64,000 nt of DNA, taken from assembly GCA_950097015.1 (NCBI GenBank), contig CATNEN010000030.1, positions 2,790,001 to 2,854,000 on the forward strand, written 5' to 3'. Under the pieces are notes generated by a model. The model saw only the letters and a program-made list of their open reading frames with translations. It did no database searches and had not been told where the DNA came from. Source of the stretch: Macrostomum hystrix. Its lineage: Eukaryota; Animalia; Platyhelminthes. The position numbers were made by a program, and so were the translations under genes. The first letter of the stretch is position 1, and the number at the start of each line of letters is the position of its first letter. This document shows positions 24,281-36,905 of the stretch, piece by piece.

Positions 24281-24626
24281 ACAGATTCCACAAACATATA
24301 TTTTGTGATCTAAATTAACGTTCAGATACTGCAAAATTTTTAATCGATAGCTTCAAAATCAAATTGCACGTTATAAGTTTTCTATAGTTTTTTATGCACC
24401 TATTCTCTCCACATTTACTCAAATCATGATTTGCAAAGAATGCATCGCAATCTGCTGTGCTCAATATTAGCGATAATTCGGTTAATGAACCTGTAAAAAA
24501 TTTCTCGGAGAAAAAAAAGAATACAGAGGTACACAAAAAGCCACAAAAAGCATAATATTGTGTTGAATATAACTATCAAGTTCTGTGGACTATCTATGAT
24601 CTATAACTAATTGTCAGGCAGTGGTG

Positions 24627-25050
24627 TGTAGGAGGGAATCTACCTGTCAGAGAGAGATGCGTAGGAGGGAATCTACCTGTCAGAGAGAGATGCGTAGGAG
24701 GGAATCTACCTGTCAGAGAGAGATGCGTAGGAGGGAATCTACCTGTCAGAGAGAGATGCGTAGGAGGGAATCTACCTGTCAGAGAGAGATGCGTAGGAGG
24801 GAATCTACCTGTCAGAGAGAGATGCGTAGGAGGGAATCTACCTGTCAGAGAGAGATGCGTAGGAGGGAATCTACCTGTCAGAGAGAGATGCGTAGGAGGG
24901 AATCTGCCTGTCAGAGAGAGATGCGTAGGAGGGAATCTACCTGTCAGAGAGAGATGCGTAGGAGGGAATCTACCTGTCAGAGAGAGATGCGTAGGAGGGA
25001 ATCTACCTGTCAGAAAGAGGTGTATTGCGTAGAAGAGAATCTACTTGTCA
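24627..25050. repeat. Minisatellite, 33-bp unit GCGTAGGAGGGAATCTACCTGTCAGAGAGAGAT
   Basis: ~12 near-identical copies. Confidence 0.97.
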
Positions 25051-25562
25051 GGTGCATAGGTGCATAGGATGCATAGGATATGCGTAGGAGGTCAGACAGT
25101 GGTGCGTAGCACATCCAATGCGCGTCAAAAAGTTTTCGTTTACTTCTTGGAAAATTCTAAATGATTTCTTTTAACACAAAATTAATTTTGCCAAATCTTG
25201 TTTAATTTTTTCTCTCAAAGACCGCTGTACAAGAGTCTAGATGCCAGACTATATTTTCTTTAAAAAAAATACGTTTACAATACAGAAAACCAAATTTAAT
25301 TTTTTCGTATATGGCATAGCAGATATAAGTACTAACGATTTCTTTTCGTAGGAGCAACAGAAGATGACAAAAAATATAGCAATGTAGCTCTTCATTTTGT
25401 AGCCCCGGATGCAGCGATACAGCGATTTTTTCCAGTAACAATGAACAAGCGATTTTGAGGATATGAATTCTTTCTCAGCTAGCATTTATTTATCTGTCTA
25501 TCCGTGTACATAGAAAACTAGCGAGACTAGCGTAGTCTGAGTGAGAATCGGTTGAGCACACT

Positions 25563-25967
25563 TTAGTTCTGGCGCATTTGTCGCCTGAGCATGCCGACAA
25601 TCTCCATTTCAATGAAGCTGCTAATAGCCGGGTCGTTAACCTCCTTGGCCACGCGGGACATCACTTCGGCTTTCAGCTGGTCGCAGTCTGGCGCGGAGGA
25701 GGCTGCCATCTGATGGCGCAGGACGGCGGCCGCGTACTGAACCCAGACACAGTCCAGGCAGCCAGATTCACAGCACAGCCCGATTGGCGGCGGCGGTGGC
25801 GGCTGCATCGGCGGCTGCATCGGCGGCTGCATCGGCGGCTGCCGATGTAAAACGCCGGTAGAATCGTCAGAGGCCGACTTGGAAGACGATGAATAAAACA
25901 CTGTGGGGCAGCGGCGCGACGACTTTGAACAGCGAAGAATCACTGCCCGTAGGCTGGCCGCGCTAAG
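25563..25967 (-). CDS. OXLD1: Oxidoreductase-like domain-containing protein 1; the exon lacks its own start codon
   Basis: PPPPIGLCCESGCLDCVWVQYA..DPAISSFIEMEI matches the OXLD1 CCxSGCxxCVW motif. Exon opens at a strong acceptor (CTTGTACTTTTCCAG) in phase 0: LSAASLRAVILRCSKSSRR. Confidence 0.85.
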   Translation of the reverse strand, partial: LSAASLRAVILRCSKSSRRCPTVFYSSSSKSASDDSTGVLHRQPPMQPPMQPPMQPPPPPPIGLCCESGCLDCVWVQYAAAVLRHQMAASSAPDCDQLKAEVMSRVAKEVNDPAISSFIEMEIVGMLRRQMRQN

Positions 25968-26325
25968 CTGGAAAAGTACAAGTTAAGGACTCAGGGACTG
26001 AATAGGAGAATGTCAAACAAAACTGTCTTTAATTGGAAAATATTCAACAAAATTAAGAATATCAATATTTTGTACAAATGATATACACTAGTTTATTACA
26101 TCTATCAAAGTGTAAAAGTACACAGCTGTAAAGAAACTAACTTCAGACGTGTGTAAAATGATAATACAAGAAAGCTAAACATGTATTTCCATTTTTTTAA
26201 ATCTGATTTCTACAAACTATATGTAACACACTTGTATAGAGATTTCTAACAATTTTTTACCACAAGCTCAGTTGTTAAGATAGTTTTATGTAAATTATCT
26301 TTTATTACACATGCACTGATGTGCA

Positions 26326-26638
26326 GCTGGATGTAGCCTAGTGGTTAGAGCATCGAACTCACGACTTGAATGTCGAGGGCTCAATTCCCGACTCCACTGG
26401 AACAATTTGTGTCCTTCAGCAAGACACTCAACTCTGCATTGCTTCAGTCCACCCAGCTGTTAAATGGGTACCAGCATTAGCTGGGATAATTGAAGGTGGG
26501 TATGGCGCCCCCCCAGTCCATGGACTGATCAGCTGTATGCAGCTTTCAGATGCGCCGCCCAATAACTGCGGCTATGCTGTTGGCTGCACATCTGACCCAA
26601 TGGGGGCAATTGAAATCAATTATTTTAATTATAATTAT
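26326..26638 (+). mobile_element. tRNA-derived CORE-like SINE, full length
   Basis: A/B boxes, TGTGTCCTTCAGCAAGACACTCAAC..CCACCCAGCTGTTAAATGGGTACC; body shared with the 22481 copy. Confidence 0.85.
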
Positions 26639-26987
26639 GTGCAGCTGACAGCATAGTTGCAGCTATTGTGCCATAAATCTGAAGGCTCAGCTACATATAG
26701 CTGTTCAGTCCATGGACTGGTGCAACACTAAACCCACAATTAATAGCTGTAGCTTATTTTGGTACCCATTATAAAAAATTGAACAGAAACAACACAGAGT
26801 TACTTGTTTCCAGTTAAATGGCATAAATTGTTCCAGTGGAGCATCAAACACCTGACCATCAATTGTTGTGAGTTAAGACTTCGACACTCTTGGTATACAT
26901 CAAATAGCCACAAAAAACTACCACAAAGCAAAATGTCCAGAAAACATAAGGGCCACTCACAAGAGTTGACTACTATTGAATTATAAC
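26525..26987 (+). repeat. Left copy of a ~450-bp direct duplication flanking the hAT element
   Basis: Aligns end to end with 29481-29910, roughly 80-85% identity by eye. Confidence 0.85.
26636..26775 (-). mobile_element. Inverted partial copy of the same SINE (tail-to-tail)
   Basis: Reverse complement matches CCAGTCCATGGACTGAxCAGCT..GCTGCACAT of the adjacent copy. Confidence 0.75.
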
Positions 26988-29480
26988 CAGTGTCACCACC
27001 ACTGCGCTATTGCTGGTTGCCTGCGGTATTGCTCTATTTTCAGCGCCATTTAATGTATCTGCGCTATTTTTGCATTGCACTGTAATTTTTTCATTTTAAA
27101 TGAAATATGCAAAATGAAGTATGCAAAAATACTTTAAAACATCGTGTTAATTGAGTTATATTGCCTTATTTATCTATATACTAAAAATGATATATTCTAA
27201 AAGTTGTCTGCCCCCATTTCTCCCAAACACTTCAAACGCAGCTCAATACTTAGGGTAAAATTTATGTCGATGTCGATGCCTCATTTTTATTAGCTGGTCT
27301 ATAATGCCGGTCAGCTGGTCTATAACTCCGCAAAATTGCAGCCCAAAACTTGATGTCCTCCAAATCAAGTCCAGCTGCTAATGCCAATCATCAGACTACT
27401 TGGAATGATGAATGTCTTAATAAGCTCGACAAAAATGGGCAGCGAATTGGCGATTGGTGCCGCCATGGTGTCTGCCCTGGCAACGCGTTTTGCAATCTCT
27501 GTTCGAAAACTTTCTCTATCAAGCAGCACGGAATCACAGCGGTGAATCAACATGCTGATGGCAGCAAGCACAAACAACAGGCTAACATCAGCACTAGGAC
27601 CAAAGACTCAAGTGGTCATCCAATGAACATAAGGCATTTCTTCCCAATGCAGCAGCAGCAGCAAGATCAGCAACCCGCCAACGCCGCTAATGAACAGCCA
27701 GTCAGAACGGAAGACTTTCGCGAAAAAGTTTTTGATGCAGCAATGGAAGCAAGTCTCCGCTTCGCAGCTGCGGTAGCAAAAAAGGACTTCTCATTCTGAG
27801 CCATGGACGAGCTGTCAGAGCTCATGCCAGTCGCTTTCTCTGACAGTAAGATTGCGGAAAAGTTTACATGCGCTCGAAGTAAAACTGCCTATCTGATTAA
27901 CGAGTCTCTAGCGACACACGCCAAAAAGGACATGGCGCACACATTGAGGGACTCATTCTTCTTGATTCAGCTTGACGAGAGCACAAAGGGAAATCGATAA
28001 TGGTTGGTGGTTGTGGCGCGCGTCTTCCACCAGCAGCGCATAAAAGGTACAGCTGCTATTTTTAGGTGATGAGGAACTTGTCGCCGGTACCGCTGAAAAT
28101 ATGAAAAACATCGTAGATGAGCTTCTTCGTAAAGCCAATCTGCCTTCTGAGCGCGTAATTTCTGTCATGACGGATTCCTGCTATGCTATTAGAGATAAGA
28201 TTTAAAGCAACTAACCAATCACTTTTATTTGTCGGTTTCGGTGCTCTTTTGCTCATCATATTTTTAACAACAAAACTTTTGTATTTTTAGGGAGCAAAAA
28301 TGGACTTGTCACTCGCCTAAAACGTGAAATGCCCCATCTTGCTGACGTTGGTGGATGCAGTTTGCACCACGTGCAAAGAGCTTGCAATACGCTGTTTGAG
28401 CTTTTGATCTGGGTGGCGAAGCGAAGGGCCTGATGGACGATCTCTACAATTTTTTCCGATTTGAAGGCCGTCTTCACGATTTTAGAGAATTGCAGCGAAG
28501 TATGGAGGATGCCGAACACGTTTTCCTGCGGCGCGTTGACACGCGATGGATTCAAATCCTCCAAGTAGTGAGACGCCTTCTCGAGCAGTGGAAGGTACTA
28601 GTTAACTTTGGCAAGGCTACGCCTGACTTCTTGGCAAATGTAAGAGCACAGCGAATCAAGCAGGCCCTGAACAACAACGTGCTTGCTTGCCTACAATTCC
28701 TAGAGAAAGTCTTGCCGCGTTGCGACAAGTTTGAGAAGGTGTTTCAGCTTGAGTCAACCCAAGTCCATCATCTTGCTGCAAGTCTTGATGAACTTCTCAG
28801 CGATATTTTGCTGAGCTTTCTTCGCGGCGAGGTGGTGCAGGACTGCTCAACTGTTGGCTAGATTGCCGAAAAGGCCAAGGACCGGGCAAATCAAGTTGCG
28901 AATAAGAGTTGGTAATCGGAAATAATACACACAACAAAGCCGAACGCGAAAAGGCTGACGAGGAGGAGCGAGAGCGGCGAAGGAATGCGGAAGAGGTGCA
29001 GGCTGAGCAGCACAAAATTAACGAGGCGCGTAAAAAAGCCTTCTGGAAGCAGAGAAGGCCGAGGCTCAGCTTCGCAAGCGGATGAGTTCCAGCAGCAACA
29101 GCAAGACTGGTGGCAGTGGCTTAAACGCACCCGCTCCCAAAAAGTTCAAGTAGAAGAATAGAGAATCAATTTAACACTTCCCATCGCAGTGACAATTGCA
29201 GTAATCTTTTACTTTATCACCATAAGTGTTTTACATGTTTTACACGTTTTTCTTTGCTAAAGCAGCCTGTCTTCTTCTGTCTTGTTAAGTCGAAATAGGC
29301 CCCTTTTTGAAGTTTTGAACTCCAAATAAAATATCAATAACTCAACATCTTATAGTTGTATAAATTCTAACTTTATACCTAATTTTACTGTGTCCAAAAG
29401 GTATTTGTTGTTTGATTTTGCCTGCTCCATTTTTTTCGTGCTGCGTTAATTATTTCTTGTAATTTTTTGTGGTCACACTG
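26988..29480 (+). mobile_element. Decayed hAT-superfamily DNA transposon
   Basis: 12-bp TIRs CAGTGTCACCAC / GTGGTCACACTG (1 mismatch). Transposase pseudogene with BED-like FCNLC..H..H, LDEST, MTDSC, CSLHH and DTRW motifs; in-frame stops at 27797 and 27998; 96-nt intron 28195-28290 with its donor mutated to AT. Confidence 0.88.
27350..28861 (+). pseudogene. hAT transposase pseudogene
   Basis: Stops, frameshifts and a broken splice donor; catalytic C-terminal/dimerisation region not recognisable. Confidence 0.85.
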
Positions 29481-29910
29481 CTGAACAGCTGTATGCAGCC
29501 TTCAGATGCGCCACGCAATAGCTGCGGCTGTGCTGTTGGCTGCACATCTGACCCAATTAGGGCAGATGTAATCAATTATTATTATTATTAATTATGTGCA
29601 GCTGACAGCACAGCTGCAGCTATTGTGCCATGCATCTGAAAGCTCAGCTACATATAGCTGTTCAGTCTATGGACTGGTACAACACTAAACTCACAATTAT
29701 TAGCTCTAGCTTATTAGGGTACCCATTAAAATTTAACTGAGGCAACACAATGTGTCAAGCATCAAACACCAGACCTTCAAGTTGTGACTTGGACTTGGAT
29801 ACTCTTGGTAGGCCTACACATCAAATGGCCACAAATAAAACAGTCACGAAGCAAAATGACCAGAAAACATAATGGCCACTCACAAGAGTTGACTACTATT
29901 GAATTATAAC
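29481..29910 (+). repeat. Right copy of the direct duplication (contains the SINE foldback)
   Basis: Begins on the base after the right TIR and ends in the same GAATTATAAC that precedes the left TIR. Confidence 0.85.
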
Positions 29911-31979
29911 TTCAAAAAGCAAAAGGATCACCCAAATATTCAGAATTTTTTCCTAACAACATTTCCTTTATAAATTCCTTAATAAATAAATTGGCAAGAA
30001 TATTTTTATGCTACAAAAAAATAAATTAGTAATAAGCCTATTGGTAAAAGTAAGGCTTAAAAGTGTGAATTTGTGGTCATTTTTTGTGGCCATTATGTCA
30101 AGTTGCCTTTTTGACATGGAAGGGGATATATACCAGTGCAACAACACCTTTTTAGCTATACAGCAAGCTACTTATAAAGGAATATAGTACCCAGTATTAT
30201 TATGTTGTTTTTATGCTCTCTTAATAATAGCTAAAAGCTTTTGAAACGAACCATTAACTTTTTTTCTAATACATTAATTAATCAAAGTACAAATGCCTAT
30301 TCAAAATAGAAAGCTACATACAAAGGCACCGAATTCAAGCAAGTGTAAGACGTGTAAGATAAGTAAAAAAATAATGCAAAATAGTGACGACACCAAATAG
30401 GCCTATTCTGTTTCTTGTAGGCCTAGCAAAGGAAAAACATAAATTATTTATAAAGTTATAAACCCATCTAAAACTTTATTTGATATCAACTTCATCCATA
30501 AATTAATGTTTGATGTCACAACAGGATGGATAGAAGCATGTAAGCTGGCCCAAGTTTTAAAGGACAGCTACTCTTTCAGTCTACTTCATTAGTAAGTCTT
30601 AAGTCTAGTTCGAAAAATACTTTTATCTTAGAAAAAACTAATTTCAACTAAAAATGCTAACTGATTATAACAATTTTATTCCGACAGCAGAATATTTCAA
30701 TCTATTGCCCAACACTACTTAAATATATTTTAGAAAAACCCAGTTTAAATAAGTTCTGCATATTTTAAAGTTCTATCTAAATAAAACACATTTGTAAAAG
30801 ACTACAGCAGTATTTCAGTTTTTACTGAGAAGATTCAGAAGAGAATCAAGACGTGCTGCTCCTCTCCCTTTAAAGTCCGGGATGGCGCTTCAAACCCTGG
30901 AGCTCTAGCATTTCTCAGCTTCGCTGATCTTCGCTGTTGTGCGCCCTTTAAAAGCAGCCTAGACAGGCTTGTCCAGATGTGCTGTTAAATTAAATAGCTA
31001 CGTCTTGAGCGCACATGTAATCTTGCTTTTTGGACCCGTTATATTCTGCTGTGATTTAACTTTAAAATAATGGCCAAAGGATCCAGCAGAGATTAGACCC
31101 ACATTGTCTTGTATTCTCTTGTATTGTATTAACAAATTAGTCAAACTTTTAAAATGTACCCGTACAGTGGAAGCTGTTCGACAAAATGTTGATTATATAT
31201 AATGCTCGAAGATCAAAGTTTAATATAGCTTTAATTTTTGACAGATTACTTATAGTTGAGTCACATGGACAAGATACGGATGTGCGCATTGCAATGGAGA
31301 CTAATAACACTAGGCTTATTGGTCACGAACGAATTAAAGAAAGAAGAATGCTTTATTTTTCTTTTAATTGATGCTATATACTACAATATGACGCAGAAAA
31401 CAGAGCAAAAATTTGTGCTCACATGATTTTTTACCCATAAGTCATTATATTTGGATCTCAATGCTAAGGTGTTATTATTATTTTGACCGGGACTAATAAT
31501 AGGAACAATAATAGTAATAATAAAGTATGGATAACGTGAGCGCAAAAGAATATTCTGTGAAATTCAGAAAGCAACAAAGAAAGGAAAATTTAGAGCTGAT
31601 GTAACGTATACGCGATTAATTAAAAATATAATTATGTACACAAAAGAGACTAAATTACATAGAATTTGACGGTGAAACTACGTGAGCCGAGTATAGTTAG
31701 TGGCCTCTTCTGTGTTTGTGCTAAAAAATTCCCACCTAAAAGTTAGACTGGGAATACATAATTGGGAGAATGATAATAAAGAATTCAACATTCACAGAAA
31801 ACAAGAAACGCAAATATATAATGCAATCGTAAACAAAGAAAGCATGATTACAAACTATATTATTACACTGATTCAGATATAGACGCCGATAACAGAAAAT
31901 CACGCACGACACAGTCTCGCCGTAGTCATGCAGTTAAAAATAACAGACTACATTAATAAAATAATTAGCATTACATCAT

Positions 31980-32693
31980 TTACTCGTCGCCATCTTCATC
32001 GTCTTCGACGGCATCGTCGTGGTTGGCGGCGCTGTCATCTGGCCTGGGGCGCTTGGTCGGTACGAAAGTGCCTTGTCTGAACTGGTTCATTTCCTGTGGG
32101 TTGAAGGGTAAGTGGGTAACAGAAGCGTTACAAAAATGCGACTGAGTTACTGTAAGTAGTAATATAGTAATGACAACCGTTTTTATTAATAAAATGCTTA
32201 GAGAAATGATTAGCAAGCTTACGTCTTCATAGCGCTGTTTATCGCGAACTGCGGCCGCCTCGTATTTAGGACGATCCTTGCAGGTTTCCCACATTTTTCC
32301 AAGCTCTTTCGCGACGTCGCTAACACGCCACTCTGGATGATCGTCCCGAATCCGCTGGCGGTGCTCGTCAGAGAACAGAAAGAATGCCGTCAGGGCGCGC
32401 TTGGGCATGTTCGGATCCTTTGGCTTCTTGCGCTTCTTGCCCTTGCTGCCATCAGCAGGGACGTAATCGTCCATCTCGCGGTTGTACCTATCTTTGTCCC
32501 GGGACGCCATGTCTTCAAATCGTTTTTTCTCCTTGGGGTTCATTGTTTTCCACTTCTCGGCGCATTTCTTGGAGAACTCAGCGAAGACAACAGTCTCCTC
32601 GGGATGCTTCTTTTTGTGCTCTTCCCGAATGACCTGAACGAAACACGCGTAGGCGCTCATAGGCCCCTTGGGCTTCATCTTGTCTTTCACCAT
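31980..32693 (-). CDS. HMGB: HMGB/DSP1-like protein with two HMG boxes and an acidic tail, 194 aa
   Basis: Exons 32693-32223 and 32093-31980. Box [25 protein letters not shown]; box [16 protein letters not shown]; tail EDDEDGDE. Probable 5'UTR intron (acceptor ~32704, donor ~33162). Confidence 0.95.
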   Translation of the reverse strand: MVKDKMKPKGPMSAYACFVQVIREEHKKKHPEETVVFAEFSKKCAEKWKTMNPKEKKRFEDMASRDKDRYNREMDDYVPADGSKGKKRKKPKDPNMPKRALTAFFLFSDEHRQRIRDDHPEWRVSDVAKELGKMWETCKDRPKYEAAAVRDKQRYEDVSLLIISLSILLIKTVVITILLLTVTQSHFCNASVTHLPFNPQEMNQFRQGTFVPTKRPRPDDSAANHDDAVEDDEDGDE

Positions 32694-33329
32694 CCTTAAG
32701 TACCTATTGAAATAGTTGCGGTTTTGAAGATATGTCATTATACTATACTCTAGATTAGTTACCATCAAAACTAATATATAGAATCTAGACGTAGAATTAA
32801 GTCATAAGAGATAGGCCTAGTTAATACAGTCGAAGCATACCAGCAAAACGATGATGCAGTATTTTTATTTAGCACACGTACTATTGATACTCTTGGGATG
32901 GAAGAATGGAAGAATGGATGGAAGAATTGAACATCAGTCATCAGTACAGCAATGTCCTAATGTCCCAGCTTTATTTCGAAACTTAACATTAATTAATACT
33001 AATATGATACAGATGTTTGATATTTAATTTACATAACACTTTCAATGACAACTGTCTAAACTCAATGTATCTGCATAAGGCGGTGTATCAGCATTCAGCA
33101 ATACATACGTCATACGGCAATGAACAGTGTAAGTTAAATAAATAGACCAGCAATCGCGCTTACCGAAGCTTCAGAAATATAGGTGTAGGCCAATGCAGCT
33201 AACACAGTAGAAGGCTCTCTGTGTCTTCCTAGATTCAGACAGTGTAAAGGGCCGAGCAATGCTAAACATAGGCCGCATTGGAAAAGCTTTGGAAGAATTT
33301 AGCACTGAGAAGGTTTGCGGCACTTTCTA

Positions 33330-33380
33330 CTGGCTGACAGTGAATCACGTGATAAAAACTAGAACCAATAAGATTTTAGA
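33330..33380 (-). promoter_or_regulatory. Probable HMGB proximal promoter (E-box plus CCAAT box)
   Basis: ATCACGTGAT at ~33344 and AACCAAT at ~33363, just upstream of the inferred non-coding first exon. Confidence 0.4.
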
Positions 33381-35420
33381 TACTCTATTATAACAAAAAT
33401 AAAAGTTCATGAAAACTTAACTTTTTAACCGTATTCTAAAATAAATAAATAAATTTATATTATATTGCAACCATCGAAAGAAGCCAAACTGTATTTATTT
33501 AAATATGAAATAGGAATTTCTATAATTTCTCTTGTTTTATCGTACCTTTTAAAATGATAAATTTCTGCGAAATGGAACAATCCGACACGTGACAAGAGAA
33601 ATGTATCAGACATAGCAGACATATAGATACCAAAATATCATTTTAGTATAGTGGATTTTTAAACAGAAAATACAATGAAAATTCTTTATGCATCTACTTG
33701 CTGTATTTTCGTATATAAAATTCCATTTTCTCTACCGTAAGTCGCTTATAGATTTGTATTTTAAATTTTTATACCTTGCACGATTATGAGGAATCCCACA
33801 GAATTTTTAACACATTTATGAAAACCATTATTATTTTATGATGGAAACATACAAAATAATGCTTATTTTTGTTTCCGGTCAGATAGAGTTCAATAAAAAT
33901 TTTTTTACTGCTGTACATTGTGGTAGAGAGTGAGTTTTGGTTGATAAATGTGCAATCAGGATAAAAAACAAGAAGGCTTAAGCAACCTGCACAAATGAAA
34001 GTTTTTGCCGAGAGAGAGGACACACAAGCCAAAATTAGAGATTAGAAATTTTTGAGCTGCAAACTGGCTTCCCCATATTGTAAGTTGTATGTTCAAGCTA
34101 TGTATTCATACTTTGAACCTAATATTTTGTTAGTGTTTTTAAATAAATTAGTAAATTTGAAACAAAGTTGGTTATTTTTTGCTATTTTTTAAACAATATT
34201 CATCAATCATCATATTTTTGTACATTTACTCTTGATAAGTAACATGTTTGATACTAAATATATGGTCTTTAGCATTCATTTTTAATGATGCAACAAATCA
34301 TTACAAGTTTGATAATATGCCTCTAAAATGATGATATAAATCACAGGTCTTTTTTTTTAAAGGCCATTATCAGAATTGACTAAAAATGCAAAATATTATA
34401 ATGTTTTTGAAGAATTACTCTCAAGTACATGTAACTAACTGCTTTGGATATATGTAAACAATATAAAGTCATGGTTTGCTTCGAAGGCCTCGGCAACGCC
34501 AAATTGTCCCAAGTTTTCCTTACTCGCCTTCTTCTAGGGGCGCGGGCGGGCCTCGCTAGGAAAGGAAAAGAAAAACACAGTCTCGCGTCGGCTTCTGCTC
34601 GCTTCCTGTTACAGCAGATCCCTTCGATCGCCCCCCGCCGCTTTGCTGCTAATGAGAGTCGAGATGGAGACGCTGGAGCCTGAGACACTCTAGCGAGCTC
34701 CAGTCCAGGTGGCGGCCTGAGAATGAGCTTAATATGTTCTCGTCTTCTGTTTCCCCCTGTCAGCATTGGGGCGTGTCCGGCGCATTTTCTGGACGTGCCG
34801 CTGCAACTGATGGCTCAGCGGCCAGTCCGGGGGGGCAGGCATTGAGGAATATAAAGGATAACAGGGAAGCGAACCTGCACCTACCTCCAACGAGCCTCTG
34901 GCTTTGGCGGGGGGGATGCTCTCGAGCCTGGCGGTCGCTCATTAACAGCTCAGTTATAGAGGCCGGTGTCTCGTTTTTCTTCTTTCACACCCGCTCCGAC
35001 TTCCCGCGCCGACTAGTGGGCTTGGCCTAGCCCAGCTCCTGGGACGGGCCGGTGAGGCGGCGGTGCCGGTAGAATCCCGCATTAGCTTAATTAAACTTCC
35101 TTCTCCGTGGCCTAAAACCGGAAGCACCATGGAAGCAGCTTTTGATTGGGAAAATTTGTGCCGCGGGGATGCCTTCCCAATGATATTGGAACTGATGGGA
35201 AGCTCGATGCTGTCTTCCAGGAATTAAGAGCCGGGAACTGGCTGCGAAAGCGGCTGGTGTTTTGATAAAGGCCGCAAATTATCATTTTATTATTTGCTTG
35301 CGCTTTGAAAATTCAACAGGTGTCAACATTTAAACAGATTTCTGTTTCAGGTGTCAACAACCTGATGTCGCAACAAGCTTGTAATCTGCCTAGATTCGAT
35401 TCTTGAAATCGCGATACCCA

Positions 35421-35800
35421 ATCATAGATTAGCCTCTCTAGTCATAGATTAGACTCTCCAGTCATAGATTAGACTCTCCAGTCATAGATTAGACCTTCCA
35501 GTCATAAATTAGAATCTTCAGTCATAGATTAGACCTTCCAGTCATAGATTAGACTCTCCAGTCATAGATTAGACTCTCCAGTCGTTGATTAGACCTTCCA
35601 GTCATAAATTAGAATCTTCAGTCATAGATTAGACTCTCCAGTCGTTGATTAGACCTTCCAGTCATAGATTAGACTCTCCAGTCATAGATTAGACTCTCCA
35701 GTCATAGATTAGACTCTCCAGTCATAGATAGACTCTCCAGTCATAGATTAGACCTTCCAGTCATAAATTAGAATCGCCAGTCATAGATTAGATTCTTCAA
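35421..35800. repeat. Minisatellite, 20-bp unit GTCATAGATTAGACTCTCCA
   Basis: ~19 copies. Confidence 0.95.
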
Positions 35801-36362
35801 TCCCAGAAAAGCGTGCATACATGAAGTTACTCGATACTCTTCAGTCATATTTACCTCGCATGGCCCTAGCGATTCTGCGCGAACGCAAATATATCCTCCA
35901 GCTTCTCAATGGACATGTTGATTCGAGGGCCGCAACTTCGCCGACAAACTGCAGTAGGCAGAAAGGAAAATATTCGCCTTTTGCTCTTCTAGAATTTCAC
36001 AGAGCAATTGAGCTCAAAGCTGAGATGCAGCCACTCGAACCCCTTTTGTTGCTTTGAAGAAGCCGGCAAATTGAAGGTTTGGGATAATAATCCCTAACTT
36101 CCCTTCATCGCAGCGGGGCACAATGGGGGTTCGAGCCAAAAGGGGATCCTTCACCTGTCATTTTCTGCCAGCAATTTGCCTGTCGCCAGCGCAGCGCAGA
36201 TGCACAAAAGACGAAGATTCGCCGCTGCCGCTGCTGCTGTCTCCAATTTACCTCGTCTCACTGAGCTAATGAGAGCTGCGTGTGTTCGCAACTCGCTGTC
36301 TGGTTTGTTGATAACTCGACAGATTTGTCTCTGCATGAGTTTTTTTGCTCTGCACGCACTGG

Positions 36363-36657
36363 TGTGCACACAGTTTTCCCACTGCACACAGTTTTCCCAC
36401 TGCACACAGTTTTCCCACTGCACACAGTTTTCCCACTGCACACAGTTTTCCCACTGCACACAGTTTTCCCACTGCACACAGTTTTGCATAGCAGTGGTCT
36501 ACTGCACACAGTTTTGCATAGCAGTGGTCTACTGCACACAGTTTTGCATAGCAGTGGTCTACTGCACACAGTTTTGCATAGCAGTGGTCCACTGCACACA
36601 GTTTTGCATAGCAGTGGTCTACTGCACACCGTTTTGCATAGCAGTGGTCCACTGCAC
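36363..36657. repeat. Compound minisatellite: 20-bp unit switching to a related 30-bp unit
   Basis: CACACAGTTTTCCCACTGCA x6, then GCACACAGTTTTGCATAGCAGTGGTCTACT x6. Confidence 0.95.
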
Positions 36658-36659
36658 TG

Positions 36660-36905
36660 GGGCGTGCAGAACTGGCCCACACGCACCCAGATACTGTACA
36701 CAGGTGTGTACATCTGTCCTGACTTTCGCATCGTCAGGCAGTTTACATGTCACTGTGCCTTGGAGGTTGGCCTTCATGGGCGTAAATTGCACGACAAGCC
36801 CCCAAGCCTTCTCTCCGCGGTTGCGCGCCAAATAAATGTGGCCTCGCCGCGGATTCGAGCTCAGGAACCTTGGTGCGAGAGGCATTAACCGCTCTGCCAC
36901 CGACC
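36660..36905 (-). mobile_element. tRNA-derived SINE (second family)
   Basis: Minus strand GGTGGCAGAGCGG A-box and GAGCTCGAATCC B-box; body homologous to 59085-59200. Confidence 0.7.

Noticed and set aside
30847-31010. 9-bp inverted repeat TCAAGACGT/ACGTCTTGA around a GC-richer island (MITE or small exon)
   Set aside because: The IR is too short, there is no TSD, and no frame has a recognisable product.
31980-32768. 262-aa unspliced HMG ORF from the ORF track
   Set aside because: Reads through a clear 129-nt GT-AG intron and starts upstream of an acceptor; the spliced 194-aa model fits HMGB.
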